Positions 1 to 12,255 of a DNA stretch of 64,000 bases are shown here, piece by piece. The position numbers were made by a program, and so were the translations under genes. Within the stretch, counting starts at the first letter, position 1. Every line of letters begins with the position of its first letter. Under the pieces are notes generated by a model, which had not been told where the DNA came from, made no database searches, and saw only the letters and a list, made by a program, of their open reading frames with translations. The stretch is from Eledone cirrhosa (lineage: Eukaryota). The stretch is taken from assembly GCA_964016885.1 (NCBI GenBank), contig OZ024753.1, forward strand, positions 35,216,001-35,280,000, in the 5' to 3' direction.

Positions 1-39
1 AAGCATTCATTTCTAGCTTGCTGGGCTGTAGTTTAGTTT

Positions 40-125
40 ACTACTCTCCCTCCCCTACATCTCTACCTCCCTCTACTCTCTCTCTTTTCCTCTTCCTCCC
101 CTCTCTATCTTCTTCGTCTCTCTCG

Positions 126-217
<92 letters not shown>

Positions 218-543
218 CTATGTAATATAGCAGATCAATACATTTTTGCTTCCACTGATACAGAAGCGTTGATCATTCAGACTGCCAAGTACAAACAAGC
301 TATCTTCTTTTCCTCTCACTCTCTCCCTCTCTCTCCCCCTCTCTTTCCCCCCTCTCTCTCCCTCTCTCTCCCCCTCTCTATCTCTCCCTCTCTCTCCCCC
401 TCTCTCTCTCCCTCTCCCTCTCTTCATCTCTCTCTCTCTTCATCTCTCTCTCTTCATTTCTCTGTGATGGTAGGATCACCAGACACACATACACATGCAC
501 CTGCACACTACAGAGGCACATACACAAAGGCACACACACAGGA

Positions 544-574
<31 letters not shown>

Positions 575-605
575 CACATGCACACACACACACACACGCA
601 TGCAC
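40..605. repeat. (CT)n/(CTAT)n and (CA)n microsatellites
   Basis: Directly visible. Confidence 0.95.
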
Positions 606-889
606 AGCTTGCTTGCTGTCTAACTTTTTTGTTCCTACAAATATGAATGTATACTCAGAGAAATAAACACACTACATAAGATAAATCTTTTTATTTTGTT
701 TTAATTATCTGTTTACTTATTTTTGATTTAATTTGAGCTAGCTTCATATCTCATTCATTGGTAGCTATTGTGAATGTAGGATGGTATACATTAAACTCAG
801 TAATTGTAAGTAAACACACAAGCATATGTACATCTGATGTAGAGTTATATAGTTACTTTTATTTAAGGTTTTAGTTATCTTATTAATTT

Positions 890-1300
890 GGCTTTCCATC
901 TCAACTGGAACCAGCAGGCCTAGACCATGGAGATGGCAAGCACCCCCATTGGAATCACCCTATTCCCATTCGAAGGAGGTAGATCCCACATCTGGGATGC
1001 CAACTACTGCGACACGTTCTCCACCACCAACTTGGGCGCTTCGGTCACAAACAACAGCATCACAGCCCGCCTCGCAGAAGAATGTAAAATAAGCAAATAC
1101 CAGGGCTTGTCCGACCCCTTCCTCTTCACACCGGTCGCCATCGAGACCTCAGGTATACTTGGGCCTCGTACAACCAAGCTCCTCTGCAACATTGGTGGCC
1201 AGTCTGAGGAGGGAGCCCTGTGAGATTGGGTGGCTGTTGCAGCGGGTGTCACTGGCCATTGTCCACGGGAATGCTTTTGTGGTCTTATCCATGGGGCGCA
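890..1300 (+). mobile_element. Decayed fragment of the C-terminal restriction-like endonuclease of a CRE/R2-type non-LTR retrotransposon
   Basis: QLEPAGLDHGDGKH[frameshift]GITLFPFEGG..IWDANYCDTF..AEECKISKY..FLFTPVAIETSGILG..WLLQRVSLAIVHGNA, the typical RLE-clade C-terminus; frameshifted. Confidence 0.75.
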
Positions 1301-1359
1301 GCACTTCTGTCCCCTTTCCCTAGGCCCAACTCATGATTATTATATATATATATATATAA

Positions 1360-1552
1360 GGGCAGTGGATTGGCAGTATCGGTAAAGGGTCTGATGCCAT
1401 GCTTTGACGCATAGACTTACGGCCCTTGCCATTCTGAGTTCAAATCCAGCCGAGGTTAACTTTGCCTTTCATCCTTACGGGGTCGATAAAATAAAGTACC
1501 AGTAATGCACTGGGGTAATTACTGGCCTTGTGTCAAAAGTAGAAACAATTAT
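1360..1552 (+). mobile_element. tRNA-derived SINE, family A (central domain resembles the Meta domain)
   Basis: A-box-like TGGCAGTATCGG, B-box GAGTTCAAATCC, core aactttgcctttcatccttacggggtcgataaaataaagtaccag. Further partial or diverged copies near 1995-2163, 8906-9070, 15690-15785, 17785-18005, 31098-31380, 32140-32370, 36085, 38255, 42860, 46910, 48280, 55380 and 55650. Confidence 0.85.
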
Positions 1553-1756
1553 ATATATATATGCCAAACTGTATCGACCATTGTCTTTCTCGGCAATGCC
1601 AAGACTTGTGCCTCTGAGGGGAACTATCTAGGTGAAAATCACATGGTCATTCATGACCAAAGCAGGGTCTTTTACTTTATATATATAAATTGAGCACACC
1701 CTAGTGTTGGAAAATGTTTTGATGTGCTGACATGCACCATGGCTAATGCACCTTAA

Positions 1757-1947
1757 CCCTTTAGCATTTACATTACTTATATTTACTATTGGATTTTCAT
1801 GGTAAAGACTTTACCTCACATAATATTGAATCTATGAGATTTTGATATTATTTATTAACATAAGTATGAGCAGTCGGTTACAGCCGGTTTGAACAGATAA
1901 AGGTGAGAGAATTCTGGCCAGATACGGCCGGTTTAAATGGTAAAGGG
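1757..1947. mobile_element. piggyBac-like MITE
   Basis: TTAA on both sides; TIRs ccctttagcattta / taaatggtaaaggg. Other copies at 29165-29375 (inverted) and about 47920-48186. Confidence 0.8.
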
Positions 1948-2377
1948 TTAATATTATCGGCCCTTGTGGACAGTAAAAGAAACCATGCAGTATCTGTAGA
2001 GAGTCGGACGCCACGCTTTGCAGCATAATTACATCCCTTTACGGTCTGAGTTCAAATCCCGCCAAAGTTAACTTTGCCTTTCATCCTTACCAGGTCGATG
2101 AAATAAAGTACCAGTAATACACTGGGATAATTGCTGGCCTTGTGCCAAAAGTAGAAACAATTATTTACTTATATTTTTTTATTTTTCTTCATATGAAGAT
2201 CATGATATTCGTTTTCATAGTAACTGGCATAATAATTATTCATGAAGCTCTCAGTTTAGTTATGAAGGAGAATATAACTCTCTAGATGGGGATATTTACA
2301 TTGTGTTTAACACACATATACATACATATATACATATATATATATGCATATACATACATACATATATACATATATAT

Positions 2378-2410
<33 letters not shown>

Positions 2411-2608
2411 ATATGTATGTGTGTGTGTATATGTATGTGTGTGTATATATGTGTGTGTGTATATGTATGTGTGTGTGTGTGTGTATATATATGTGTGTGT
2501 GTATGTATATATATGTGTGTGTGTGTGTATATGTATATATTGTATATATGTGTGTGTGTATATGTATATATGTGTGTGTATGTATGTATATATGTATATA
2601 TATGTGTC

Positions 2609-2743
2609 TATACAGTATTTAATATAGAAATGGCTTCTACAGGACTAGAACTGTTTCATTCAAAGGAAATCATCAGGAAAGTCAGATTTCCTTCGAATGA
2701 AACAATTCTAGTCCTGTAGAAACCATTTCTATATTAAACACTA

Positions 2744-2747
<4 letters not shown>
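2609..2747. repeat. Fold-back element with CTGATGA..GAAAC at its apex
   Basis: About 60-bp arms; related copy at 18899-19008 and a half copy at about 20428-20457. Confidence 0.85.
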
Positions 2748-2784
<37 letters not shown>

Positions 2785-2922
2785 AGGTATAGGATTATCC
2801 AAGATGTAGTAATGGTTAATTACTACACTTGATATGGTTGACGTACGGTAAGAGGTTACTCTACGAGTTATGGAAGAATTGTTCAAGAAACTTAGTTCCT
2901 GATCCTTCAGTATTCCGGAGTG

Positions 2923-3251
2923 TATATAAAGAATGAATAATAACAGGTAGACATCATAAAAAGGTAATTTATTCCGTGTGCTTACAAGTGTTTCCACGGT
3001 GGTACTGCAGCCTAGTTATGCTACGTGCAAATTCACAAGTACTTGCAGAACTCGAATATCCAATGCTGTGACCACTGTTTCCTCAGAGCAGAATGGAGTA
3101 GGAAACAGTGGTCACAGCATTGGATATTCGAGTTCTGCAAGTACTTGTGAATTTGCACGTAGCATAACTAGGCTGCAGTACCACCGTGGAAACACTTGTA
3201 AGCACACGGAATAAATTACCTTTTTATGATGTCTACCTGTTATTATTCATT

Positions 3252-3260
<9 letters not shown>
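2923..3260. repeat. Perfect inverted repeat, 161-bp arms, 16-nt loop
   Basis: 2923-3083 is the reverse complement of 3100-3260. Confidence 0.95.
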
Positions 3261-3280
<20 letters not shown>

Positions 3281-3285
<5 letters not shown>

Positions 3286-3564
3286 GATATTAATAAATGG
3301 AAACTATATTTATAAAACCATATTTATTTCATTATACATATTTCAGGGATACCACATTAAATTATGGTATGCCTTCATCAGACAAAATACAATATATAAC
3401 AGTTTTACAAATAGCTTTGACGTACCCTTTTAAAATGCGACCATTACTTTTGGAGGCTGTCTGGATAGAAGGCATACCATAGTTTAATGTGGTATCCCTG
3501 AAATATGTATAATGAAATAAATATGGTTTTATAAATATAGTTTCCATTTATTAATATCGTATAT
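3281..3564. repeat. Inverted repeat, about 96-bp arms and about 90-nt spacer, with hammerhead-like core
   Basis: The same peptide appears on both strands in the ORF track (METIFIKPY...). Minus strand 3332-3385 reads CTGATGA-aggcatacca..tggtatccct-GAAA. Confidence 0.9.
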
Positions 3565-4083
3565 CTACTCCAAAAATTTGTCGAGTGCTTTATATCAGTT
3601 ATAAAAATATTTACTTGTTGTATCCCAACAACTTTAAATAGAACTTTTGCATATATATATATATATATATAAAGACATGGCAAAAAGCACCCAGCACATA
3701 CTGAAAATGTGGTTGGCGCCAGGAAGGGTATGCAGCCATAGAAAACCAGCCAGAGACAATCCTATATAAGCAAGACACGGTCATCTGACCCAACTTCCCT
3801 CTAAGTGTGACAAACCTGTCTAAACAATGCCATGCTAGCATGGAACATAAGACGTTAAATGATGATAATGATGATATATAGACAGGTTTGTCACACTTAG
3901 AGGGAAGTTGGATCAGATGACCATGTCTTGCTCATATAGGATTGTCTCTGGCTAGTTTTCTATGGCTGCATACCCTTCCTGGCGCCAACCACATTTTCAG
4001 TATGTGCTGGGTGCTTTTTGCCATGTCTTTTACATGACGACTTTACAGTATGGGCTGGATGTTTTGTCACACCAACATAACAT

Positions 4084-4144
<61 letters not shown>

Positions 4145-4191
4145 AAAGATAAACAGAAATAACAACACAATCGGTACAGTATATGGAAGGG

Positions 4192-4440
4192 ATCATCATC
4201 ATCATCATCATCAATGTTTAACGTCCGTGTTCCACGCTTGCATGGGTTTGGACGGGGGTAGTCCCACTTGAGGCAAGAGTGATTGTCTTGCTCGCATAGG
4301 ACTGTCTGGCAGGTTTTCTACAGTTGGATGCCCTTCCTAACACCAACCACATTTACAGTGTGGGTCTGGGAGGTTTTTACCGTGTTGCCTACACGGCCAC
4401 ATTACAGCGTGGACTGTGTGTTTTTTTGTCGTGACACCTA
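4192..4440 (-). mobile_element. RTE-tailed SINE family B (ggatgcccttcctaacaccaaccac core)
   Basis: (GAT)n tail and catgcaagc.tgga..gacgttaaac end. Relatives at 3671-4070, 4982-5450 (internal tandem duplications), 10985-11300, 12440-12765, 28085-28260, 30285-30490 and 41520-41975. Confidence 0.75.
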
Positions 4441-4589
4441 CACGATCTCATTTGTTTCGGCCTGGATGTTGTGGCACCAACATAACTTTACATTGAAAGG
4501 GGCGGTGTGGATGGGGTGGGGGTGGTGGGACGGGGATGTATTTTGTTAGAGATGCCTACTGACTGTAGTAGGTTTTACTTTGTATTTAG

Positions 4590-4742
4590 GTAAGGCGGGT
4601 CTTCTCTATTACTGAGTACCGCCAAAGGTCTCGGTCCAGTGACATTGTCTTGTAAGTGTGTGAGGTCGGAATTTATCAGCTCGTCCCAGGTTTTTCTGGG
4701 TCTGCCTACTCCGTAGCTACCGTCTATCTTTATTGCCCTGCA
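4590..4742 (-). mobile_element. RTE-clade LINE 3' fragment
   Basis: RAIKIDGSYGVGRPRKTWDELINSDL..DRDLWR; GRPRKTW is typical of the RTE ORF end. Confidence 0.7.
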
Positions 4743-4778
4743 TATATTAGGTTAACGCTTGATATAGCAGGAGGAGGG

Positions 4779-4814
4779 TCTTAACGTTTCGGGCGCTAGT
4801 CCTTCATCAGAAGA
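4779..4814 (-). ncRNA. Minimal type-I hammerhead-like motif
   Basis: Minus strand: tctt CTGATGA aggactagcgccc GAAAC GTT aaga; palindromic AACGTT stem III as in dimer-type PLE hammerheads; stem II is weak. Confidence 0.6.
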
Positions 4815-5452
4815 AAGCATGAGAAATAAGATAGATTGAGGGGACGGGCAGGTTGGAATTGGAAAAAAATGTCTTTAGATAAAAATAACAGGTTCATTCA
4901 TGTTGAATATTGTCCTTATTGAGCCCTCTTTGGATTCTTGTCTTCACATTTATTATTACTACTATATATATATATATATATATCATCATCATCATCATCG
5001 TTTAACATCCATCTTCCATGCTTGCATGGGTTTGGACGGGAGTTTTCCCACTTGAGGCAAGATTGGTTGTCCTGCTCGTATAGGACTGTCTGGCGGGTTT
5101 TCTACGGCTGGATGCCCTTCCTAACACCAACCACGTTTACTGTGTGGACTGGGAGGTTTTTACCGTGTTGCCTACATGGCCACATTACAGCGTGGACTGT
5201 GTGTTTTTTTGTCGTGACACCTACATGTCTGGTGGGTTTTCTACAGCTGGGTGCCCTTCCCAACACCAACCACATTTACAGTGTGGACTGGGAGGTTTTT
5301 ACCGTGTTACCTACACGGCCACATTACAGCGTGGATTGTGTGTTTTTTTGTCGTGACACCTACACGTCTGGCGGGTTTTCTACGGCTGGGTGCCCTTCCC
5401 AACACCAACCACATTTACAGTGTGGACTGGGAGGTTTTTACCGTGTTACCTA

Positions 5453-5800
5453 CATCATCATCATCATCATCATCATCATTTTACGTCCACTTTTTCCCTG
5501 CTTGCAAGGGTGGGACGGGAACTGAGTCTGGCTTGATTTCTACAGCTGGATGCCCTTCCTAACACCAACCTCATTTACAGTGAGGGCTGGGTGCTTTTTT
5601 GCCGTGGCACCTCCACGACCACTTTACAGTGGAATGATATGGACCCCTGTCACTATCATCTCATTTCTACAGCTGAGTAAACTGGAGCAATGTGAAATAA
5701 AGTGTCTTGCTCAAGGAAACAACACATCACCCGGTCTGAGAATTGAACTCACAGCCTTTCGATTGAAAGGCCAATGCTCTAACCACTAAGCCATGCACCT
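5453..5800 (-). mobile_element. Composite SINE: tRNA head, CORE-like domain, RTE-derived 3' tail ending in (GAT)n
   Basis: Minus strand reads a tggcttagtggttagagc..gagttcaattct head, then ccttgagcaagacactttatttcacattgctccag (CORE-like), then the tail cccacccttgcaagcaggg..ggacgtaaaatgatgat. Second copy at 19704-20018. Confidence 0.8.
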
Positions 5801-5845
5801 ACATGGATATACATACATACCTACATACATACATACATACATACA

Positions 5846-5879
<34 letters not shown>

Positions 5880-5920
5880 AGTTTTAATATATTTTAATAT
5901 ATTCAACCCGGAATAACTTA

Positions 5921-5965
<45 letters not shown>

Positions 5966-6171
5966 TTTCTGAATTTGTTTAGCAAGATTCTTTATCTGAA
6001 ATCGTGTGTTGAAACCGATATTGTTATACTTTGGGAGGGTCATGTTGCCAATAAGAAACACACACACCTATTGCTTTCACTTCAATTTATTATAATAAAT
6101 TTATAAATTTAGGAATTTATAAATTTCTGGTTGGTTGGTTGGTTCCACAACCAGATAGTTGTTTATATATT

Positions 6172-6214
6172 GTCAAAGTTCTTTCGTCACACATTCTGTG
6201 ACCTCTTCAGTGAC
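6172..6214 (-). ncRNA. Minimal type-I hammerhead ribozyme motif (Penelope-like)
   Basis: Minus strand: gtca CTGAAGA g gtcaca-gaatg-tgtgac GAAA g-aa-c TT tgac, giving stem I, core, stem II, minimal stem III and a CUU triplet. Confidence 0.7.
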
Positions 6215-6647
6215 TGGGGATTCTTTTCTTTGTTTTTGTGCCTCTCCTTTGGCAACATGACCCTCCCAAAGTATAACAATATATATATATATATATATAC
6301 AAAGAGAGAGAGAGAGAGAGTGTGTGTGTGATAGAGATATGAGAACCAGTCTCTCTATTCAATATTTCGTTGATGCAAATATTTACATTTCAAATCCCTC
6401 ACATGGCCATCTCAACTCCCTGGAGGGACAAAACGTTGGAAGAGAAGCACAGTAAATATAATACAGTACACAGTAATAGTAATCAAATCAGCTTCTATAG
6501 TTGTTTGATGATAAAGAGAACATCTGTGATTGTTGTTGTTACAGTTGTTGCTGTTGTTGTTGTTGTTGTTGTTACTGTTGTTGTTTTTTGTTGTTTGCAC
6601 ACTGGTCATCATCTCATGAAATATTGATTGCATTAGTACAAAGGACA

Positions 6648-7427
6648 TATATATATAGATATGTGTGTGTGTGTGTAAAAATCTGTGTGTGTGTGTGTAT
6701 AAATATATATGTGTGTGTGTGTATATATGTGTGTGTTTATATATGTGTGTGTGTATATATATATATATGTGTATATATATGTGTGTGTGTGTATATATAT
6801 ATATATGTGTGTGTGTATATATATGTGTGTGTGTGTGTGTATAAATGTGTGTGTGTGTGTATAAATATGTGTGTGTGTGTGTGTATATATGTGTTTGTGT
6901 ATATATATATATGTGTGTGTATATATGTGTGTGTGTATATATATATATGTATATGTGTGTGTGTATATATATGTGTGTGTGTGTGTGTATAAATATGTGT
7001 GTGTGTGTGTGTATAAATATGTGTGTGTGTATATATGTGTGTGTGTATATATATATATGTGTGTGTATATATGTGTGTGTGTGTGTATATATATGTGTGT
7101 GTGTGTGTGTATAACTATGTGTGTGTGTGTGTGTATAAATATATGTGTGTGTGTGTGTATATATGTGTGTGTGTATATATATATGTGTGTGTGTATATAT
7201 GTGTGTGTGTGTATATATATATATATGTGTGTGTGTATATATATGTGTGTGTGTGTGTGTATAAATATGTGTGTGTGTGTGTATAAATATATGTGTGTGT
7301 GTATATATGTGTGTGTGTATATATGTGTGTGTGTGTGTATATATATATATGTGTGTGTGTATATATATATATGTGTGTGTATATATATATATATATGTGT
7401 GTGTGTATATATATATATATGTGTGTG

Positions 7428-7485
<58 letters not shown>

Positions 7486-7632
7486 CATATATATATACAC
7501 ACACACATATATATACATATATATGTATGTATATTTATATATATATATTTGTATATATATATATACATTTGTATATGTGTATATATATTATATATGTGTG
7601 TGTGTATGTGTATATATATGTATATACATATT

Positions 7633-7684
<52 letters not shown>

Positions 7685-7700
7685 CACATACACACACACA
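6648..7700. repeat. Compound (TA)n(TG)n microsatellite
   Basis: Directly visible; similar tract at 2310-2606. Confidence 0.97.
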
Positions 7701-9091
7701 TGTAATTCAGGACCTCATTCTATACATAACATCTGCAGAGAAATTGAATTAGATGCATCAGCAATATTTAAAGCCTAATTGCAAATAAATGTAAATATGT
7801 AGATGTGTAGTATAGTCTGAGGAATGTGTAGTATAGTCTTTTAGATTTACTATAAAGTTCTCAATGGGGCAAGGAAAGGAAGAAGGCTTACATTTTATAT
7901 TTCAATATTTTTCTGTGTCGACACCAACCTCATCTATATGTTATTCTAAAGTACACTTTTTTTTTTATTGAACACCAGAATAGTATCAGTGAAATAAATC
8001 AATAGTCTGAACATTTTCATATTTGATTTTTTTTTTTAAATAAAGCCCAAAATTAAAGTAATGAAGGCTAAATCCATTGTCAGTATTTAGTGAGTAGGAT
8101 GTGCGAGTGGGAGGCTTCAGAACATTCTGGATGGGTAGTCTAATTTGTATTAATCCTAAGCAGGATTTTCAGAATAAGCATTTCACCATAAAATTTTCTA
8201 AAGCTGGTGGTGCATCATTGAAAAATGGTTGTGGTGGTGATGGTGGTGGTAGTAGTTGTAGTGGTTGTGGTGGTGGTAGTGGTGGGGAGTTTGAGGCATC
8301 CAGTGCTCCTCATCCTTGGCAACAAGCCCAAAGAAGGCATGCAGCCTAGTTGTTAGGATGGTTGTCACATGATTGTAAGTTCATGGGTTAAATACCCTAA
8401 CTGGATGAGGTGTCTTAGACTTGAGCAAGGAACTTCTTTTCACATTGCTGCAGTTCACTCAACTGAAAATGAATGCCAGCTATACTTGGAGGTTAACCTT
8501 GCAATGGACTGGTATTCACTTCAAAGAGGATTCTTAGATACACAGTCACATAACGCGACATGAAACTGGGTTAAGCATCACTCTTCTGAACCTCTGAGCT
8601 CAAAAAATAAATTAAATATCTATTTACTACATACTTCTTTTATATGTTCATATATACATGAAAACAAATGTTTGAAACCTGTTAAACTAAAAGAAGAAAC
8701 CCTAGATTATTTTAATATAGATCAGTTCTTAGCAGTAGACCAAGGAAGAGATGGGCAGAGGAGGTCAGAGCTGATGAAAGACAAAGATGAATTCAGCAAG
8801 ATTTAAAACCAAAACTTGGAGGACTTTAACAAAACACAGCAATGCACTAATGATTTTGCCTAACCCCTGCCCTCAGTTTTGAAAAAAAAAGAAATAATAA
8901 TAATAATTGTTCTACTTTAGGTACAAGGCCAGCAAATTTTTTTTTTTTTTTTTTTTGTGGCGCGGTGTCAATTAAATTGACCTCAGTGCATTACTGGTGC
9001 TTTATTTTATCAACCCTGTAAGGATGAAAGGCAAAGCTAACCAAGGCAGGATTTGAACTCAGAACATAAATGGCTGTATCTCTATAATAAT

Positions 9092-9280
9092 TGTTTCTAC
9101 TTTTGGCACAAGGCCAACAATTACCCAATGCATTACTGGTACTTTATTTTATCGACCTCGTAAGGATGAAAGGCAAAGTTAACCTCGGCGGGATTTGAAC
9201 TCAGAATGGAAAGGGCCGAACTCTATGCGTCAAAGCATGGCGTCCGACCCTCTACCGATACTGCCAATCCACCACCCTTT
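9092..9280 (-). mobile_element. SINE family A, full length with target-site duplication
   Basis: Reverse complement of 1360-1552; flanked by the 11-bp direct repeat tctataataat (9081-9091, 9281-9291). Confidence 0.88.
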
Positions 9281-9682
9281 TCTATAATAATGGTGGTAGT
9301 GTTGTTAGATCTTGGTTTAAATATTGTGGTAAGAGTTGTTGTTGTTTAACCCCACTTGAACTCTGAATAAGTAGATCTATGATCAAAGGCGTTCCTTCCT
9401 GGATCATTCCACCTTTATTTCACTATATCAAACTAGATATCATAGACCCACAGGGCTGGCTGACTGGCCAACATTCTTGTCGGGTGACCAAACCATTTTA
9501 CACATTATTGAGCTATGAACTGTTTTTTTTTAAATGATAGGGAATGGTTTTAGGGGAAATTTGGCAACCATCTCTAGCTGGTTGAGTGACCACATAGAGG
9601 TTCTTTTATTGGCTTGTATGATGGAGAATGGTGAGTGTGATGACAGTGGAAATTATGGTGAAGATGATAATGGTGGAGACAT

Positions 9683-9875
9683 GTGGTGGTGGTGGTGGTG
9701 GTGGCAGTGGCTGTGTTGATGGTGGTGATGGTGGTGGAGGTGGTGGTGGTGCTGGTAGTGGTGGTGGTGATGGTAGTGCTGGTACTGGTGGTAGCAGTGG
9801 TGCTGGTGCTGGTGGTGGTGGTGGTGATGGTAGTGCTGGTGGTGGTGATGGGGGTGATGGTAGCGGTGGTGGTGT
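9683..9875. repeat. Imperfect (GGT)n microsatellite
   Basis: Directly visible. Confidence 0.92.
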
Positions 9876-11528
9876 ATTAGAAGTAAAAGTAGTGTCGTAG
9901 TTATTGTTGATGCTGGGGGGATGATTATAATTTTGCTTACAAATAAAATGATGATGTTAGTGGTGTGGTGGCAGTGGCAATCATAACAATAATAATAATG
10001 ATGATGATGAATCACAGAATAACGATTCATAAAATGTATAAACAAAACTGCTTATACAAAAATAACTGTCTTTTTTTTTTTAAAGATTAAGGGACATTTC
10101 TTTGTGGCTTATCAAGCGTTAAATTATAGTCTTATATTTTTAGTGGTGCCTTTCTGCAACATTTAATTCTAGTTCCAGCAAATGAACTCAATCCAATTCT
10201 TAGCTGGCTGCATTGCATTCTTAAGCAGATAGTTTCCATTCTGTGAAAAAGAGTCTAGTATTTTCTCATAACATAATGAGATAAAATGAAAATAACTATT
10301 GTTTTCTCTTTTTTTTTTCTTTTATGTTTTTAGTTCATTGTCTTTGTGTTTATGCATGTGTGTGTGTGTGTCTATGTGAGAGAGAGAGAATTAATTTTTT
10401 TTATATATATATATTTTTGGCATTCCAAGAAATGTTGCTGATAAATTAGCATCATTAATAGCAATGAAACTAAACTAAAACTCCTATTTAATTCTTGTAA
10501 TTATTTCAGTTGAAGATTAGCTTCCTTTTGATCAATAGAACTCAACAATTTATTGTTGATTATCCTGATGAATGCAATTGAGCGTTCAGTAATTTCCTTT
10601 TTCTGAAATACATCCAACCACAAACAAAGAAACTTAGTTGAAGGAAGAAGATTTAAATTTTTCTTTTTTTTTTTTTTGTCATTAAAAAATAACAAACACT
10701 AAAACAAAATCTCAAACGAAAGAAGCTGAAATTCTGACACTTAACCTATATTAATATTTATCCCACTGTTTGAAAATTATTTGTCTTGCTTTGTGCCATT
10801 CAATTGTAATGTTTTATTATATTAATATGGATGCAATATGTATACCTGTCAGATTGTCTCATAGTTTGTTTAGAAAATGTTATACATTTTAGTTTTGACC
10901 ATTCTAAAAGAGACACACACACACAGATACACACACACATACACATATACACACATGCACAAATAATATATATATGTTTTGTGTTGGTGCCATGCTAAAA
11001 CTATCTTGTCTGCACTTTAAGGTGGAAACACCCAGTCAACTATGTAAGGTGGTAGTACTAGTGCCACTACAAAAAGCACTTAATCCACACTGTAGGGTGG
11101 TAGTGCTGGAGTCATTATAAAATGCTTCCAGTCCACACTGTAAAATGATTGGCTCTTGGAAGGTCATCTGGCCGTAAAAACTAAGCCAAAACAGAACATA
11201 TAAGGAAGATATGGTCACCTAACTTGTCCGACATCAGCATGTGATATCCCATCAAAGCCATGCAAGTATGGAAAATAAATAATAAATGGTGATGATGATA
11301 AGGATTATATATATAGGCATATCTGAGGATCTTTCGATTCCAGAGTCAGGTTCAATAATAATAGATCGTTCCTCAAGTTGATCGACAGGGAAACATATGT
11401 AATATGTTATTAAATATGATGCAACACTGACTCTTTGTTCCTTTATTCTTATACTATTATACTTTGCTCTACATGAGCATTGAGTGCTCACCCACCGCCT
11501 ACAGGCGCAATTTTCTTGCACCTATACA

Positions 11529-11572
<44 letters not shown>

Positions 11573-11965
11573 AATATATAATATATATATACAAGGCAAC
11601 CTCACTAATGCTTGTACTATGATAGAATACACTCAGTATAATATGAAATGTGGTTGGCAAATAAGCAAATACAATGTAGAGTCAAGAAAACCCTTTAGTT
11701 ATACTGTGGACATTTAAATAATGCTTTTAGATTATGTAGCTTAGAAGAAGAATATTTATTATACCATATTTGGTCAGTAAATCATTTCTGATAAATTATT
11801 TGTTATATTTTCATAAAATTACTGAAATCGTTTCTTTGTACTGCCTGTTGTTATTGATCTCTCTGTAATAGGTTTGTATCATAAACAGCTTGATTGATAT
11901 CTCTATTGCCAGCTATATTTGACCAGCCTATGTGACTAGCATTTTGTCATTTTATTGTTTTAAAT

Positions 11966-12255
11966 CAGGGATCCTCAATGTGGTCAGTATCGATCCCATG
12001 GAGTCAATGGGACCACTCACAGGGTCAGATGCACTTTTGGACCTAAACCTGATATTTTTATAAGACATGAAAATACACAAAACAATACAATAAAATACAA
12101 CTTACTTATACAGATTTCTGATTTATTAATATTTATTGTTTATTCTATATTCTGTTTACTGGTTTACTTATATATATTTTATATGTGCAAGGGCTCAGTG
12201 AGGAGTCAAAGATTCCATGAAAAGGTTGATGCTCTCAAAAGTTTAAGAGTCCCTA
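11966..12255. mobile_element. hAT (Charlie-like) MITE
   Basis: cagggatcctcaa / ttaagagtcccta termini; 8-bp TSD ttttaaat on both sides. Confidence 0.7.

Noticed and set aside
927-1223. Independent host gene (98-aa ORF)
   Set aside because: Frameshifted retrotransposon endonuclease remnant.
1360-1460. tRNA gene suggested by A/B boxes
   Set aside because: No cloverleaf; it is the head of a multi-copy SINE.
8720-8800. Candidate upstream MAP3K13 exon (RWAEEVR resembles EWREEVK)
   Set aside because: In-frame stop a few codons later, no EELR end or donor, and it merges into a decayed SINE.
9628-10045. Gly-rich and His-rich ORFs
   Set aside because: (GGT)n microsatellite; no convincing splice context or homology.
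11320-11365. Additional hammerhead on the minus strand (gaaagatcctc); similar case at about 55005-55045
   Set aside because: No intact CUGANGA or convincing stems; too degenerate to call.
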